This document shows, piece after piece, positions 1 through 9,092 of a DNA stretch of 64,000 nucleotides. Position 1 is the stretch's first letter. The number at the start of each line of letters is the position of its first letter. The notes under the pieces were generated by a model. It saw nothing but the letters and a program-made list of their open reading frames with translations, did not search any database and was not told the origin of the DNA. Origin of the DNA: an uncultured Chloroflexia bacterium. Lineage in GTDB: Bacteria > Chloroflexota > Limnocylindria > Limnocylindrales > CSP1-4. Location of the stretch: the NCBI GenBank assembly GCA_963828165.1, contig CAWHDR010000001.1, forward strand, positions 768,001 to 832,000. The letters run 5' to 3'. The position numbers and the translations under genes are program-made.

Positions 1-372
1 GGGGTCGCACCCGACGAGGTCGACTACATCGTCGCGCACGGCACCGCGACACCCCTCAACGACGTGACCGAGACGCGGGCGATCAAGGCCGCGTACGGCG
101 AGCACGCCTACAACGTCGCCATCAGCTCGCCGAAGTCGATGATCGGACATCTCGTCGGCGCAGCTGGGATCGCCAGCGCCCTGGCCGCGATCGGGGCGAT
201 CCGCGACGGGATCATCCCGCCGACCGCGAACCTTCGAACGCCCGACCCGGAGTGCGACCTGGACTACGTGCCACTGACCGCTCGCAAGGCCACGGTCGAA
301 ACGGTCGCGGTCGACGGTTTCGGCTTCGGCGGCCAGAACGCGGTGGCGATCTTCCGACGCGTGGTCGACTAG
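1..372 (+). CDS. fabF: Beta-ketoacyl-ACP synthase II, C-terminal part (5' truncated by window)
   Basis: Frame 1 is open from base 1: DYIVAHGTATPLND, KSMIGHLVGAAG and GFGFGGQNA are KAS C-terminal motifs. Confidence 0.9.
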   Translation, partial: GVAPDEVDYIVAHGTATPLNDVTETRAIKAAYGEHAYNVAISSPKSMIGHLVGAAGIASALAAIGAIRDGIIPPTANLRTPDPECDLDYVPLTARKATVETVAVDGFGFGGQNAVAIFRRVVD

Positions 373-1299
373 CTAGTCCTTCGTCGTGGCCCGAAGCTCC
401 TCGAGGACGGCCGGGTCGATCCAGCCCGCGGCCGCCGTCCGCTCTTCCAGGTTGGCCACGCCCATCCAGGTCAGGAGGGCGCTGTCCCAGGCCGCATCCC
501 AGTCCGGGCCGCCGTCCCGTGGCGAGCCGATGCGCGTGACCCCTGCCAGCGCGCCGCGGACGCTCGCGGCGAACGCATCGTCACGCCCGGGCGCCCATCC
601 GGCACGGGTCAGCCGGTCGCGCAGCTCCGCCGCGAGAGCCGGGTCGATCGCCACGAGGTCCTCTGGTTCCGGGTGTTCGGACAGCAGCCGCCAGATATCG
701 AACAGGCGACGGAGTTCGGGGACCGGGTCGGGGTGGTCGTCCACCCGCAGGTCGATCCACCGATCGGTGGTCCCGCCGTAGCCGCCGCCGGCCCGAACCA
801 CCAACATGGCGGCCGACTCGCGACCGCGCGCATCACCGCCTGCCCGATCTCCGGCCAGGAGCGCGGTCAGCAACCGGTCCGGCAGCGAGCCGCCGGATGC
901 CCCATACGCGTCGAACAACGCGTCCACGACCCCCGGGCCGACGAGGATGTTGCCCTGGACGGCCAGCCCGTCCGCGACGCGGCCACCGGCCCAGGCGAGA
1001 CACCCCTCGCCCGTGTGGCTGGCCGACCCGCCGTGCGCATCGACGATGCCCAGCTGTCGCTCCGAGCGTCCATCGTCCGCCTCCGTCAGGCGCGCCAGGA
1101 CGGCGTTCGCATCGGCGCCGGACTCCAGCGCCGCCAGCCCGTCCGGCCCGTACATCACGTTCGCGAGGGCCTGCGTCGCGATGGCCCCGACACCTGCCCG
1201 TGCCCACGGGACGACCGACCCGACGGCGAGGAACTTCGACGCGACGGCTACGCCCAGGTCGCCGTTCGCTGGATCGCGGGCCACGATCGAGAACGTCAC
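373..1299 (-). CDS. DUF1028 / Ntn-hydrolase-like protein
   Basis: N-terminus MTFSIVARDP...GVAVASKFLAVG; GGDARGRESAA and DLRVDDHPDPVPEL motifs are typical of DUF1028. Confidence 0.85.
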   Translation of the reverse strand: MTFSIVARDPANGDLGVAVASKFLAVGSVVPWARAGVGAIATQALANVMYGPDGLAALESGADANAVLARLTEADDGRSERQLGIVDAHGGSASHTGEGCLAWAGGRVADGLAVQGNILVGPGVVDALFDAYGASGGSLPDRLLTALLAGDRAGGDARGRESAAMLVVRAGGGYGGTTDRWIDLRVDDHPDPVPELRRLFDIWRLLSEHPEPEDLVAIDPALAAELRDRLTRAGWAPGRDDAFAASVRGALAGVTRIGSPRDGGPDWDAAWDSALLTWMGVANLEERTAAAGWIDPAVLEELRATTKD

Positions 1300-1802
1300 G
1301 CCAGCGCCCGACCCTCGTATCGCTCGATGGCCGCCACGAAGGCGGGGCCCAGCGGCGTCGGTCGCTCGGTCGCGTAGTCGTAGCGGACCATCACGGATTC
1401 GCTGGTTGCCACGAGGTGGGCTGTCTCATCCGGCGTCCTGGCCGTCAAGCGGTGCTCCAGGACGAAGCTCGAGCGACCCAGCCGGGTCGCGCGCGTCTCG
1501 ACCGTCACCCGTTCCCCGTGAAAGACCGGGGCCCGATACGTGATGCGGGCTTCGGCCAGGATCAGGCTCTCGGCGCCCTCGTGGCCGGAAGCGATGGGCT
1601 CGCCGGTCACATCGGTCCAGTAGCGGATGCGGGCCATCTCGCAGTAGGTCAGGTACTTGGCGTTGTTGACGTGGCCCATCGCGTCGGTATCCGCGAACCG
1701 GACGTCGATCTCGACCCGGTGGGCGAAATCGCCCGCGAGGTCGCGCGGATCGTCGGGGGTCGCGATGCGTGCTCGGCTGGGGGTCGAGGCCGGGACGGTC
1801 AT
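1296..1802 (-). CDS. Acyl-CoA thioesterase (4HBT/YbgC hotdog fold)
   Basis: VRFADTDAMGHVNNAKYLTYCE motif; start moved to the ATG at 1802, just after the ATPase stop. Confidence 0.88.
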   Translation of the reverse strand: MTVPASTPSRARIATPDDPRDLAGDFAHRVEIDVRFADTDAMGHVNNAKYLTYCEMARIRYWTDVTGEPIASGHEGAESLILAEARITYRAPVFHGERVTVETRATRLGRSSFVLEHRLTARTPDETAHLVATSESVMVRYDYATERPTPLGPAFVAAIERYEGRALA

Positions 1803-1810
1803 GTCGAGCG

Positions 1811-4531
1811 TCAGTCTGCGACCTCGACGACGAGGCTGCCGACCATCCCCGCTTCCGCGTGGCCCTCGACCGTGCACTCCACGACGTAGGTCCCCGGCTC
1901 ATCGATCGTGAACCTGATCCGCTGCGTCTGGCCGGGGCGTGCTCCGGCGTCGACGTTGGCGAGACCGGTCAACTCCCAGTCATGGAAGATCGGGTCGTCG
2001 TTCGTGAACTCGAGGACGACCGTCTCGCCGGCACGTACGCGGAGGTCGGCCGGCATGAACGCGACGCGCTCGGCGGTCACTTCGAGCTTGGTCGCATTCG
2101 CGTCGATGATCCGGTCGGCCGCCATCACGCCGCCAGCCAGCGCGAGCGACGCGAGCGCGATCGCGCCGAGGAACCAGGCCTCGCGCAGGTGCCCCAGCGG
2201 CCCGTGCCGGCCGACTCGGTGGACCGCCTCGGGACGGGCGTCGTACCCGCGCAGCCGGAGCGAGTTGGCGACCACGGACACCGATGAGAGGGCCATCGCA
2301 CCCGCGGCGAGCGCCGGCGAGAGCGTGATCCCAAAGGCCGGGTAGAGGGCGCCCATCGCGACGGGGATCAGCAGGACGTTGTAGGCGAATGCCCAGAACA
2401 GGTTCTGGCGGATGACCGTCATCGTCGCCCGGGACAATCCGATGGCGGCTGGGACCCCGCGCGGGTCGCCGCCGATCAGCGTCACGTCGGACGCCTCGAT
2501 CGCCACGTCCGCGCCGGTGCCGATCGCGATCCCGAGATCCGCCTGGGCGAGCGCCGGGGCGTCGTTGATGCCGTCGCCGACCATCGCTACCGTCCGGCCG
2601 CGGGCCTGGAGCCGCTCCACGATCGCGGCCTTGTCGGCGGGGAGCGTCTCGGGCACGACGTTGTGGGCCGGGATGCCGACCTGCTTGGCGACGGACTCAG
2701 CGGTGGCGCGGGCGTCGCCGGTCACGAGCCAGACCTCGATGTTCGCGCCGGCCAGCTCGCGTACCGCAGCCTGGGCTTCGACCTTGACGGGGTCGCTGAT
2801 CGCGAGCATCCCGGCCGCCACGCCGTCCACGGCGACGATGGCGATCGTCCGGCCCGCCCTCGCCGAAGCCTCGATCGCATCTGCCAGCGGCGCCAGGTCG
2901 ATCCCACCACGCTCGAGCAGCCGACGATTGCCGACGATGACCATGCGGGGCCCGCTGGTCGTCTCGACCGTTCCTTGCACACCGCCACCGATGACCGCCG
3001 CGAAATCCGTGACCCGCCCGAACCCGACCTCGTCCTGGTTCGCGCGGGCGACGATGGCCGCCCCGAGCGGGTGCTCGCTTGCGCGCTCGATCGCTCCGCC
3101 GAGATCGAGCACGTCGTGCACCGTGAAGCCGGGGGCGACGGCGACCTCGGCGACGGTGGGACGCCCGAGGGTCAACGTTCCGGTCTTGTCGAGCACGACG
3201 GTGTCCACGCGATGGGCGATCTCGAGCGCCGCACCGCCCCGGATGAGGATCCCCGCCTCCGCCCCACGTCCCGTCCCGACCATGATGGCCGTGGGGGTGG
3301 CGAGGCCCATCGCGCACGGACACGCGATGACCACGACGCCGATGAACGCCGTCAGTGCCAGCGTGATGCGCGGTTCCGGTCCGAACGCCAGCCATACGAG
3401 GAACGTCCCCGCAGCAACGACGAGGACGATCGGGACGAAGACCTCGGCGATGCGATCGGCCAGGCGCTGGATGGGAGCCTTGCTGCCCTGGGCCCGACTC
3501 ACGAGGTCCACGATCCGGGCGAGCGCGGTGTCGCGGCCCACGCGGGTCGCCCGCATGACGAACGTGCCGGTCGTGTTGAGGGTCGCACCGATGACCTCGG
3601 CGCCGGCGGTCACCTCGACCGGCATGGCCTCGCCGGTCAGCATGCTGGCATCGATCGCGGACCCACCCTCGACCACCACGCCGTCGACGGGCAGCCGCTC
3701 CCCGGGCCGGACGCGCAGCAGGTCACCGACCGCCACCGCCTCGAGCGCTACGTCTTCTTCGCGTCCGTCGGTCACGCGCCGGGCGACCGCGGCCTGCAGT
3801 CCGACGAGCCGCCGGATCGCCCCGGTCGTGCTGGTCTTGGCGCGATGCTCGAGCCACCGGCCGAGCAGGACGAGCCCGACGATGATCGTCGACGAGTCGA
3901 AGTAGGTCTCCGGGTGCAGCCCGGCCTCGTGGATGACCTCGGGAAAGAACGTGACGAAGACGCTGTACAGCCAGGCCGCGCTCGTGCCGACCGCCACGAG
4001 GGTGTCCATGTTGGCGGTGCGATGCCGGGCGGCCCGCCACGCGGCGCGATAGAAGCGGCGCCCGGCCCACGCCTGGATGATGGTGGCCGGCCCGAGCGCG
4101 AGCCAGTTGATGCTCTCCATCGCGACGCTCGTCTGCGGGACGAACATCGCGACCATGATCGCGAGGGCCACCCCGATCGAGACGACCGCCTCGCGAAGCA
4201 GCGAGCGCTCCTCGCGGGCGCGGTCGGCATCGCCGGCGGAGAGCTCCTCGAGCAGGGGGACCGGGGAGGCGTCGGCGTCGCCGTCCCGTCCCGCGACCGT
4301 GCGGACGTCGTACCCGGCTGCCTCCACGGCTTCGACCAGGTCGGCGCGAGCGGCCACGTCCGGGAGGTAGCGGATCGTCGCCATCTCCGTGGCGAGGTTC
4401 ACGCTCGCCGTCTGGACGCCTTCGGTGCGGTTCAGGAACCGCTCGATGCGATTGACGCAAGACGCGCACGTCATGCCCTCGATGGGCAGCTCGATCTCGG
4501 TGGGAGCGGCGTCAGGCCGGCCGGTCGTCAT
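1811..4531 (-). CDS. copA: Cu(I)-translocating P1B-type ATPase with extra C-terminal TM helix and cupredoxin domain
   Basis: GMTCASC HMA domain; CPCAMGLATP, DKTGT, SEHPL, GDGINDAP, YN and MALSS ligands; C-terminal H...CTVEGHAEAGM. Confidence 0.93.
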   Translation of the reverse strand: MTTGRPDAAPTEIELPIEGMTCASCVNRIERFLNRTEGVQTASVNLATEMATIRYLPDVAARADLVEAVEAAGYDVRTVAGRDGDADASPVPLLEELSAGDADRAREERSLLREAVVSIGVALAIMVAMFVPQTSVAMESINWLALGPATIIQAWAGRRFYRAAWRAARHRTANMDTLVAVGTSAAWLYSVFVTFFPEVIHEAGLHPETYFDSSTIIVGLVLLGRWLEHRAKTSTTGAIRRLVGLQAAVARRVTDGREEDVALEAVAVGDLLRVRPGERLPVDGVVVEGGSAIDASMLTGEAMPVEVTAGAEVIGATLNTTGTFVMRATRVGRDTALARIVDLVSRAQGSKAPIQRLADRIAEVFVPIVLVVAAGTFLVWLAFGPEPRITLALTAFIGVVVIACPCAMGLATPTAIMVGTGRGAEAGILIRGGAALEIAHRVDTVVLDKTGTLTLGRPTVAEVAVAPGFTVHDVLDLGGAIERASEHPLGAAIVARANQDEVGFGRVTDFAAVIGGGVQGTVETTSGPRMVIVGNRRLLERGGIDLAPLADAIEASARAGRTIAIVAVDGVAAGMLAISDPVKVEAQAAVRELAGANIEVWLVTGDARATAESVAKQVGIPAHNVVPETLPADKAAIVERLQARGRTVAMVGDGINDAPALAQADLGIAIGTGADVAIEASDVTLIGGDPRGVPAAIGLSRATMTVIRQNLFWAFAYNVLLIPVAMGALYPAFGITLSPALAAGAMALSSVSVVANSLRLRGYDARPEAVHRVGRHGPLGHLREAWFLGAIALASLALAGGVMAADRIIDANATKLEVTAERVAFMPADLRVRAGETVVLEFTNDDPIFHDWELTGLANVDAGARPGQTQRIRFTIDEPGTYVVECTVEGHAEAGMVGSLVVEVAD

Positions 4532-4550
4532 ACTCCAGGGGAGTATAGCA
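4530..4550 (-). promoter_or_regulatory. CsoR-like operator palindrome overlapping an extended -10 of copA
   Basis: ATACTCC-AGG-GGAGTAT at 4530-4546; the minus strand reads TGCTATACTCCCCTGGAGT-ATG. Confidence 0.7.
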
Positions 4551-4593
4551 GACGGTGCCTGGGGATCAGCCAAGGAGGTGGCACACTAGACCG

Positions 4594-5157
4594 ATGCCGC
4601 CCGTCGAGATCGCCCTGGTGACCCTGGCTGGACCGTGGGGCCCGTATCTCGTCGCCGCCACGGAACGTGGTGTGGTCGCGGCCGGCTGGGCGACCACCGA
4701 GGGCGCGATCCTGGCTGACCTCCGTCGCCGACTGGGGCCCGTGGAGGTCGTCGCCGGTGGCCCGGCGGCCGATGTGCTCGCGGCCGCCTTGCCATCCCTC
4801 ATGGCGGTCCTTGAGGGCACGCCGGTGCCGACCGCGTCGATCCCGATCGATCTCGACGACCGCCCGCGCTTCGATCAGGTCGTGCTCGACGCGGTTCGCG
4901 GGATCGGCTGGGGTGAGACGGCAAGTTACGGGGAGATCGCCCGACGCGTCGGCGCGCCGCGGGCGTCACGCGCGGTCGGTGGGGCCCTCGGGCGCAATCC
5001 GATCTCGCTCGTGATCCCCTGCCACCGGGTGATCGCCGCGGACGGCACGCTCGGTGGCTACGGGGGTGACGGCTGGATCGACCGCGACCGGGAGCTCTCA
5101 CGCAAAGAGGCGATGCTGCGGCGAGAAGGCGTCACGGTGGCTCGCCGCGCCCAGTAG
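4594..5157 (+). CDS. ogt: Methylated-DNA--protein-cysteine methyltransferase
   Basis: SYGEIA...RAVGGALGRNPISLVIPCHRV active-site motif. Confidence 0.92.
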   Translation: MPPVEIALVTLAGPWGPYLVAATERGVVAAGWATTEGAILADLRRRLGPVEVVAGGPAADVLAAALPSLMAVLEGTPVPTASIPIDLDDRPRFDQVVLDAVRGIGWGETASYGEIARRVGAPRASRAVGGALGRNPISLVIPCHRVIAADGTLGGYGGDGWIDRDRELSRKEAMLRREGVTVARRAQ

Positions 5158-5246
5158 ACTCCGCCCGAGCCGGTGTCGTCATGCGAGCCGGATCGTCGGG
5201 AACGTGGTGAGGGTCGGGCGCCATCGCCGGCGCCGGTGGAGGGTCG

Positions 5247-7073
5247 ATGAGCGTCGCGAGCGCGCCTGCCCCATCCATGTTCGCCGTGTTCCGGCGGCGC
5301 GACTTCTCCATGCTCTGGCTGGCGCAGCTCATCTCGACGGCCGGATCGTCACTGACGGACCTCGCCGCGGGCATCTACGTGTACCGCGAGACCCAGTCCG
5401 CGCTCGCCGTGGGCCTGACCCTGATGGTCACGGCCATCCCGAGCCTCATCGTCGGCCTGCTCGCCGGCGTCTACGTCGATCGCCACGATCGCAAGCGGAT
5501 CCTCATCGGGACCTGCCTGATCCAGGCAGTCATCGTGGCTGCCCTCGCGTTCGTGATCGGGATCGAATCGATCGCCCTCCCGGGGCTGTACGTCCTGCTT
5601 CTCCTCAATGCGGGCGTGAAGCAGTTCTTCGATCCCGCCCATGACAGCCTGATCCCGGAGATGGCGAGCGACGAGGAGCTCGCAGGGGCGAACTCGTTCC
5701 TCTCCATCGCCTCATTCGGCTCGACGGCCATCGGCTTCGCGGGCGCGGGCCTCCTGGCCAGCACCGTCGACCTGACCTGGGCGTTCATCATCGATGCGGC
5801 CTCCTTCGTCGTCTGCGCGGGGCTCATCGCGCTGATGGGCCGCTATCCCATGCCCAAGCCGGAGGACGACGCGACCGTCGCCGTGATCGTGGCCAACTTG
5901 AAATCGGGTATGGCGACGCTGTTCGGGACACCGGCGCTGCGATCGCTGTTCGTCGTCGGTGCCTTCATGTTCGTCTCGTTCGGCCTGTGGAACGTACTCC
6001 TGCTTCCGTTCTCCATCCGCGAGCTCGGGGCCACCGAGTTCGAGTACGGCCTGCAGGAGGGGCTGACGTCGGTCGGCTTCGTGCTGGGCTCGTTCTTCAT
6101 GGCGCGCTTCTCGAGCCGCCTGCCGGAGCCGCTCTGGATCGTCATCGGCCTCATCGGCATGGGTGCAGCGGGGATCTTCTATGGCCTCGCGACGTCGATC
6201 CCCCTGGCGATCGTGCTCGTGATGATCAGCGGCTTCTTCAACTCTCCTTCGTCGGTAGCACGGTCGGTGCTCCTCCAGCGGCACACGCCGCGTGAGATGC
6301 GGGGCCGCGTGTTCTCCGCCTTTTATGTCATGCGCGACATCATCTTCCTGATCGGCATGGCCGGCGCCGGGCTCGCCGATATCGTCGACATCCGGCTCCT
6401 GATCGTGGTCGCCTCCACGCTGCTGTTCGTGTCCGCCGCGTTCACGCTGGTGGCACCCGGGCTCGGGCTGGCATCGATCCGAGCGGCGAACGCCCGTCTG
6501 CGGGACGCCGAGGCCCCGGCCATGGACGCGACACCGGTGCGACCCGCGACCGTGCCCGACTTCGGCCGCGTGGCGCTCCGCCTGCCGCCCATGTCACGCT
6601 TGTCCGCGGAGCAGCGCGACGCGTTCCTGCACGACGCGACCATCCGGCAGGTGCCGGCGGGTACCCGGGTGGTCGAACGGGGCGACGTCGCGAGCTCGGC
6701 GTACTTCATCCTCGAGGGCAACGCGACCGCCGGGATCCCCGATGAGGACGGATATCGTGGCCTTTCGACCATGGGCGCCGGCGACTTCTTCGGGGAGATC
6801 GCGGCGCTGACCGGGAGTCCGCGCACCGCCGACGTCGTGGCCGATACCGACCTGACGGTGATGGAGGTGCCGGCCGAGGCGCTGCGCGCGGTGATGACGG
6901 TGCCGGAGATCCGCAAGCTCGTCCTCTCGACGCTGACCTCCCGGCTGGTGAGGACCGAGGCGGCGGACCTGCCGCGGCTGGCCGGCATCGACCAGGAGTC
7001 GTTGCGCGACCTGCGCACGCCCCGACGGATCGTGGTCGCATCGGCGGGAACCGCGGCGGACGATGCTTCATAG
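5247..7073 (+). CDS. MFS transporter fused to a C-terminal cyclic-nucleotide-binding domain
   Basis: About 12 hydrophobic segments and AGVYVDRHDRKR motif A; C-terminal GDFFGEIAALTGSPRTADV phosphate-binding cassette. Confidence 0.9.
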   Translation: MSVASAPAPSMFAVFRRRDFSMLWLAQLISTAGSSLTDLAAGIYVYRETQSALAVGLTLMVTAIPSLIVGLLAGVYVDRHDRKRILIGTCLIQAVIVAALAFVIGIESIALPGLYVLLLLNAGVKQFFDPAHDSLIPEMASDEELAGANSFLSIASFGSTAIGFAGAGLLASTVDLTWAFIIDAASFVVCAGLIALMGRYPMPKPEDDATVAVIVANLKSGMATLFGTPALRSLFVVGAFMFVSFGLWNVLLLPFSIRELGATEFEYGLQEGLTSVGFVLGSFFMARFSSRLPEPLWIVIGLIGMGAAGIFYGLATSIPLAIVLVMISGFFNSPSSVARSVLLQRHTPREMRGRVFSAFYVMRDIIFLIGMAGAGLADIVDIRLLIVVASTLLFVSAAFTLVAPGLGLASIRAANARLRDAEAPAMDATPVRPATVPDFGRVALRLPPMSRLSAEQRDAFLHDATIRQVPAGTRVVERGDVASSAYFILEGNATAGIPDEDGYRGLSTMGAGDFFGEIAALTGSPRTADVVADTDLTVMEVPAEALRAVMTVPEIRKLVLSTLTSRLVRTEAADLPRLAGIDQESLRDLRTPRRIVVASAGTAADDAS

Positions 7074-7075
7074 GG

Positions 7076-7142
7076 TGTGTCACAGCTGACAGGCGCCACG
7101 TCGCGCGCTGGCCTTGGCTCGCCGAGGGACTGGGCGTACAGT
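7076..7142 (+). promoter_or_regulatory. Putative sigma70 promoter with upstream Crp-like box for the small peptide gene
   Basis: TGTGT-N6-TGACA at 7076-7091 (2 mismatches to TGTGA-N6-TCACA); TTGGCT(7114)-N17-TACAGT(7137-7142). Confidence 0.5.
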
Positions 7143-7184
7143 CCGCAGATCAGACCGCTGGACGAGGGACGAAAGGGGCCGGAC

Positions 7185-7397
7185 ATGGTGCGACAGAGGA
7201 TGAAGCTCCCCAAGGATCAGGCCTTGGAACCCGCGGACGTTGGGCCCAGCGCGACCGGCACCGAGGACGACGTCGAGGGCCACGGTTTTCCGGTGACGGC
7301 ACCTCCGAATCCGGTCATCGGCCGCGGCACCGGACATGGCGGGGAAGCGACCCCGACCGAGGAGGACGCGACCGACGTCAAGGGGAACCTGCGCTAG
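7185..7397 (+). CDS. Small acidic 70-aa protein, candidate precursor peptide (EDDVEGH ... TDVKGN)
   Basis: GAAAGGGG RBS before the ATG at 7185; GC3-biased codons; flanked by its own promoter and terminator. Confidence 0.7.
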   Translation: MVRQRMKLPKDQALEPADVGPSATGTEDDVEGHGFPVTAPPNPVIGRGTGHGGEATPTEEDATDVKGNLR

Positions 7398-7427
7398 TAA
7401 CGATCTGTCGCTGCACCGACATCGTGG

Positions 7428-7456
7428 CGACCACCCGGGCCGGGGTGGTCGTTTCG
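7428..7456 (+). terminator. Intrinsic terminator-like hairpin after the peptide gene
   Basis: CGACCACCC-loop-GGGTGGTCG followed by TTTCG; lies between convergent genes. Confidence 0.6.
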
Positions 7457-7458
7457 AT

Positions 7459-8274
7459 TCAGGCCGGCGTGCTGGCCGTCGCCGCGAGGAGCGCCTTGAT
7501 CTCGAACGGCGTGGCCGCCGCATAGCGCGACCGCAGGCGCGCGGCCTGGGCTGCCAGATGGGGCGCCGCGAACGAGTTGCCCGTTGCCCGGATCCGCCCG
7601 CCATCGCGCCAGGGCACGTCCACGTCGACACCGAAGGCCCCGAATTCCACCGGTGGCGAAGGGTTGTAGAACCAGGCGTCCGGATCGGGGATGTCGTGCG
7701 CGGCAACCGACACGACGGCGGCGAAGAGCGAGGGATACGAGGGGCCTGGGACGTTGTTCGCTGCACAGACCAGCAGGACGTTGGCAAAATACGCCCGATC
7801 CGCGAGCTCGTGGAATGCGCTGAACATCGCCTCGCTCCGAGAGGACAGGCTCAGGTTCACGACCCCAATTCGCTGTTCGATCGCCCACTCGACGGCCGCG
7901 GCGACGGCCCGGCCCTTGCCGCGGTTGTCCGCGCCGAGGACCCGGATCGACACCAGTTCGACCGCCGGCGCGATGCCCGCGATGATGCCGGCGCACGCAG
8001 TCCCGTGCCCGACGAGGTCGGCGCCTTGCGGGTCGTCGACGACTGCGGCGTCCTCACCGTCGATGTCCACGCGCATGCGGCGCGTGACGCGCCCCCGGAC
8101 GCCGGGGTGATCCGCGTCGACCCCCGAATCGACGATGGCCACGACGACACCGGCGCCATCGGTTTCCCCGAAGACCGCGTCACGATCCAGCCGGCCGAAT
8201 GGCCCGTCCCGCGTGAGCCCGGCCCGCGCGTCCGCGGCGAAGGCCTCGCTCCAGGCCGGCAGGGTCACGGTCAT
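7459..8274 (-). CDS. S8 (subtilisin-like) serine peptidase, minimal and without signal peptide
   Basis: IVDSG (Asp), HGTACAG (His), GNSFAAP (Ser) and AANN oxyanion Asn. Confidence 0.9.
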   Translation of the reverse strand: MTVTLPAWSEAFAADARAGLTRDGPFGRLDRDAVFGETDGAGVVVAIVDSGVDADHPGVRGRVTRRMRVDIDGEDAAVVDDPQGADLVGHGTACAGIIAGIAPAVELVSIRVLGADNRGKGRAVAAAVEWAIEQRIGVVNLSLSSRSEAMFSAFHELADRAYFANVLLVCAANNVPGPSYPSLFAAVVSVAAHDIPDPDAWFYNPSPPVEFGAFGVDVDVPWRDGGRIRATGNSFAAPHLAAQAARLRSRYAAATPFEIKALLAATASTPA

Positions 8275-9092
8275 CGGCGGGGCCCCGATCCGGAGCCGCG
8301 GTGGGGCGGGCGTCGGCGGAGCAATGCCTCGAGCCAGTCTGCCGCGAGCTCGATCGAATCCGGATCGACGTCGCGCAGCCGCGCGATCTGGTCGGCCAGC
8401 CGCCAGGTCGGGTCCTCGGGATCGGTCGACAGGGCCCGCGTCGCGTCGCTGACGAGCGCATCGATCGCCGTGTCGTCGAGCGCCCGCTCACCGGTCTCCG
8501 TACCGTCCCGCGCGGCGAGCGCGGCGAGCGCGACGAGGGCGGCGCGCAGGAGCGAGACCGCGTCCCCGGCCGAGCGACGGCGTCGGACGAGCGTCGTCGC
8601 CGCGGACGCAAGGACGCCCGCGATCTCGAGGTCGCGCAGGGTGAACGTCCCGCCGCGCCGGTCGAGGACCTCCAGCACGCCGATCGTGCCGTCCGCGTCG
8701 CTGAGCGGTGTCGCGAGGATGGACGCGGGGACATAGCCGGTGGCCTCGGCGATGGTGCGGTCGAATCGAGGATCGGTCGTCACGTCCGCGATCGCGAGTT
8801 GCTGGCCGGTCGTGAACGCGTAGCCCGCGATCCCCGCAGCCGGATCCAGCTGCATCCCGATCACGTCGCCGCCGGCCGAACCCGCGCTGGCGAGGAACAC
8901 CAGACGGTCGGCGGTGGGGTCGTGGACCGCGACCGAGGCCGCCTGGGCGTCGAGCACGACCGTCGCCGTCGTCACGATCGTCGCGAGGAGGTCGTCATCG
9001 GCGACGGGGGTGATCCGCTGGGCCGCCTCCAGGCGCCGCGCCACCGCAGCGATGGCCAGCAGCGTCTCGTCGGCCGCTCGGCGCTCGGTCAC
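8271..9092 (-). CDS. Stand-alone GAF domain protein
   Basis: GIAGYAFTTGQQLAIADVTTDPRF...SILATPL...IGVLEVLD is a GAF signature; 4-bp overlaps with both neighbours. Confidence 0.85.
   Translation of the reverse strand: MTERRAADETLLAIAAVARRLEAAQRITPVADDDLLATIVTTATVVLDAQAASVAVHDPTADRLVFLASAGSAGGDVIGMQLDPAAGIAGYAFTTGQQLAIADVTTDPRFDRTIAEATGYVPASILATPLSDADGTIGVLEVLDRRGGTFTLRDLEIAGVLASAATTLVRRRRSAGDAVSLLRAALVALAALAARDGTETGERALDDTAIDALVSDATRALSTDPEDPTWRLADQIARLRDVDPDSIELAADWLEALLRRRPPHRGSGSGPRR

Noticed and set aside
2412-4621. Long + strand ORFs (497 and 652 aa) and many similar long ORFs across the window
   Set aside because: They are antisense or off-frame shadows of real genes. High GC suppresses stop codons, and the translations are Arg/Ala/Pro-rich with no motifs.
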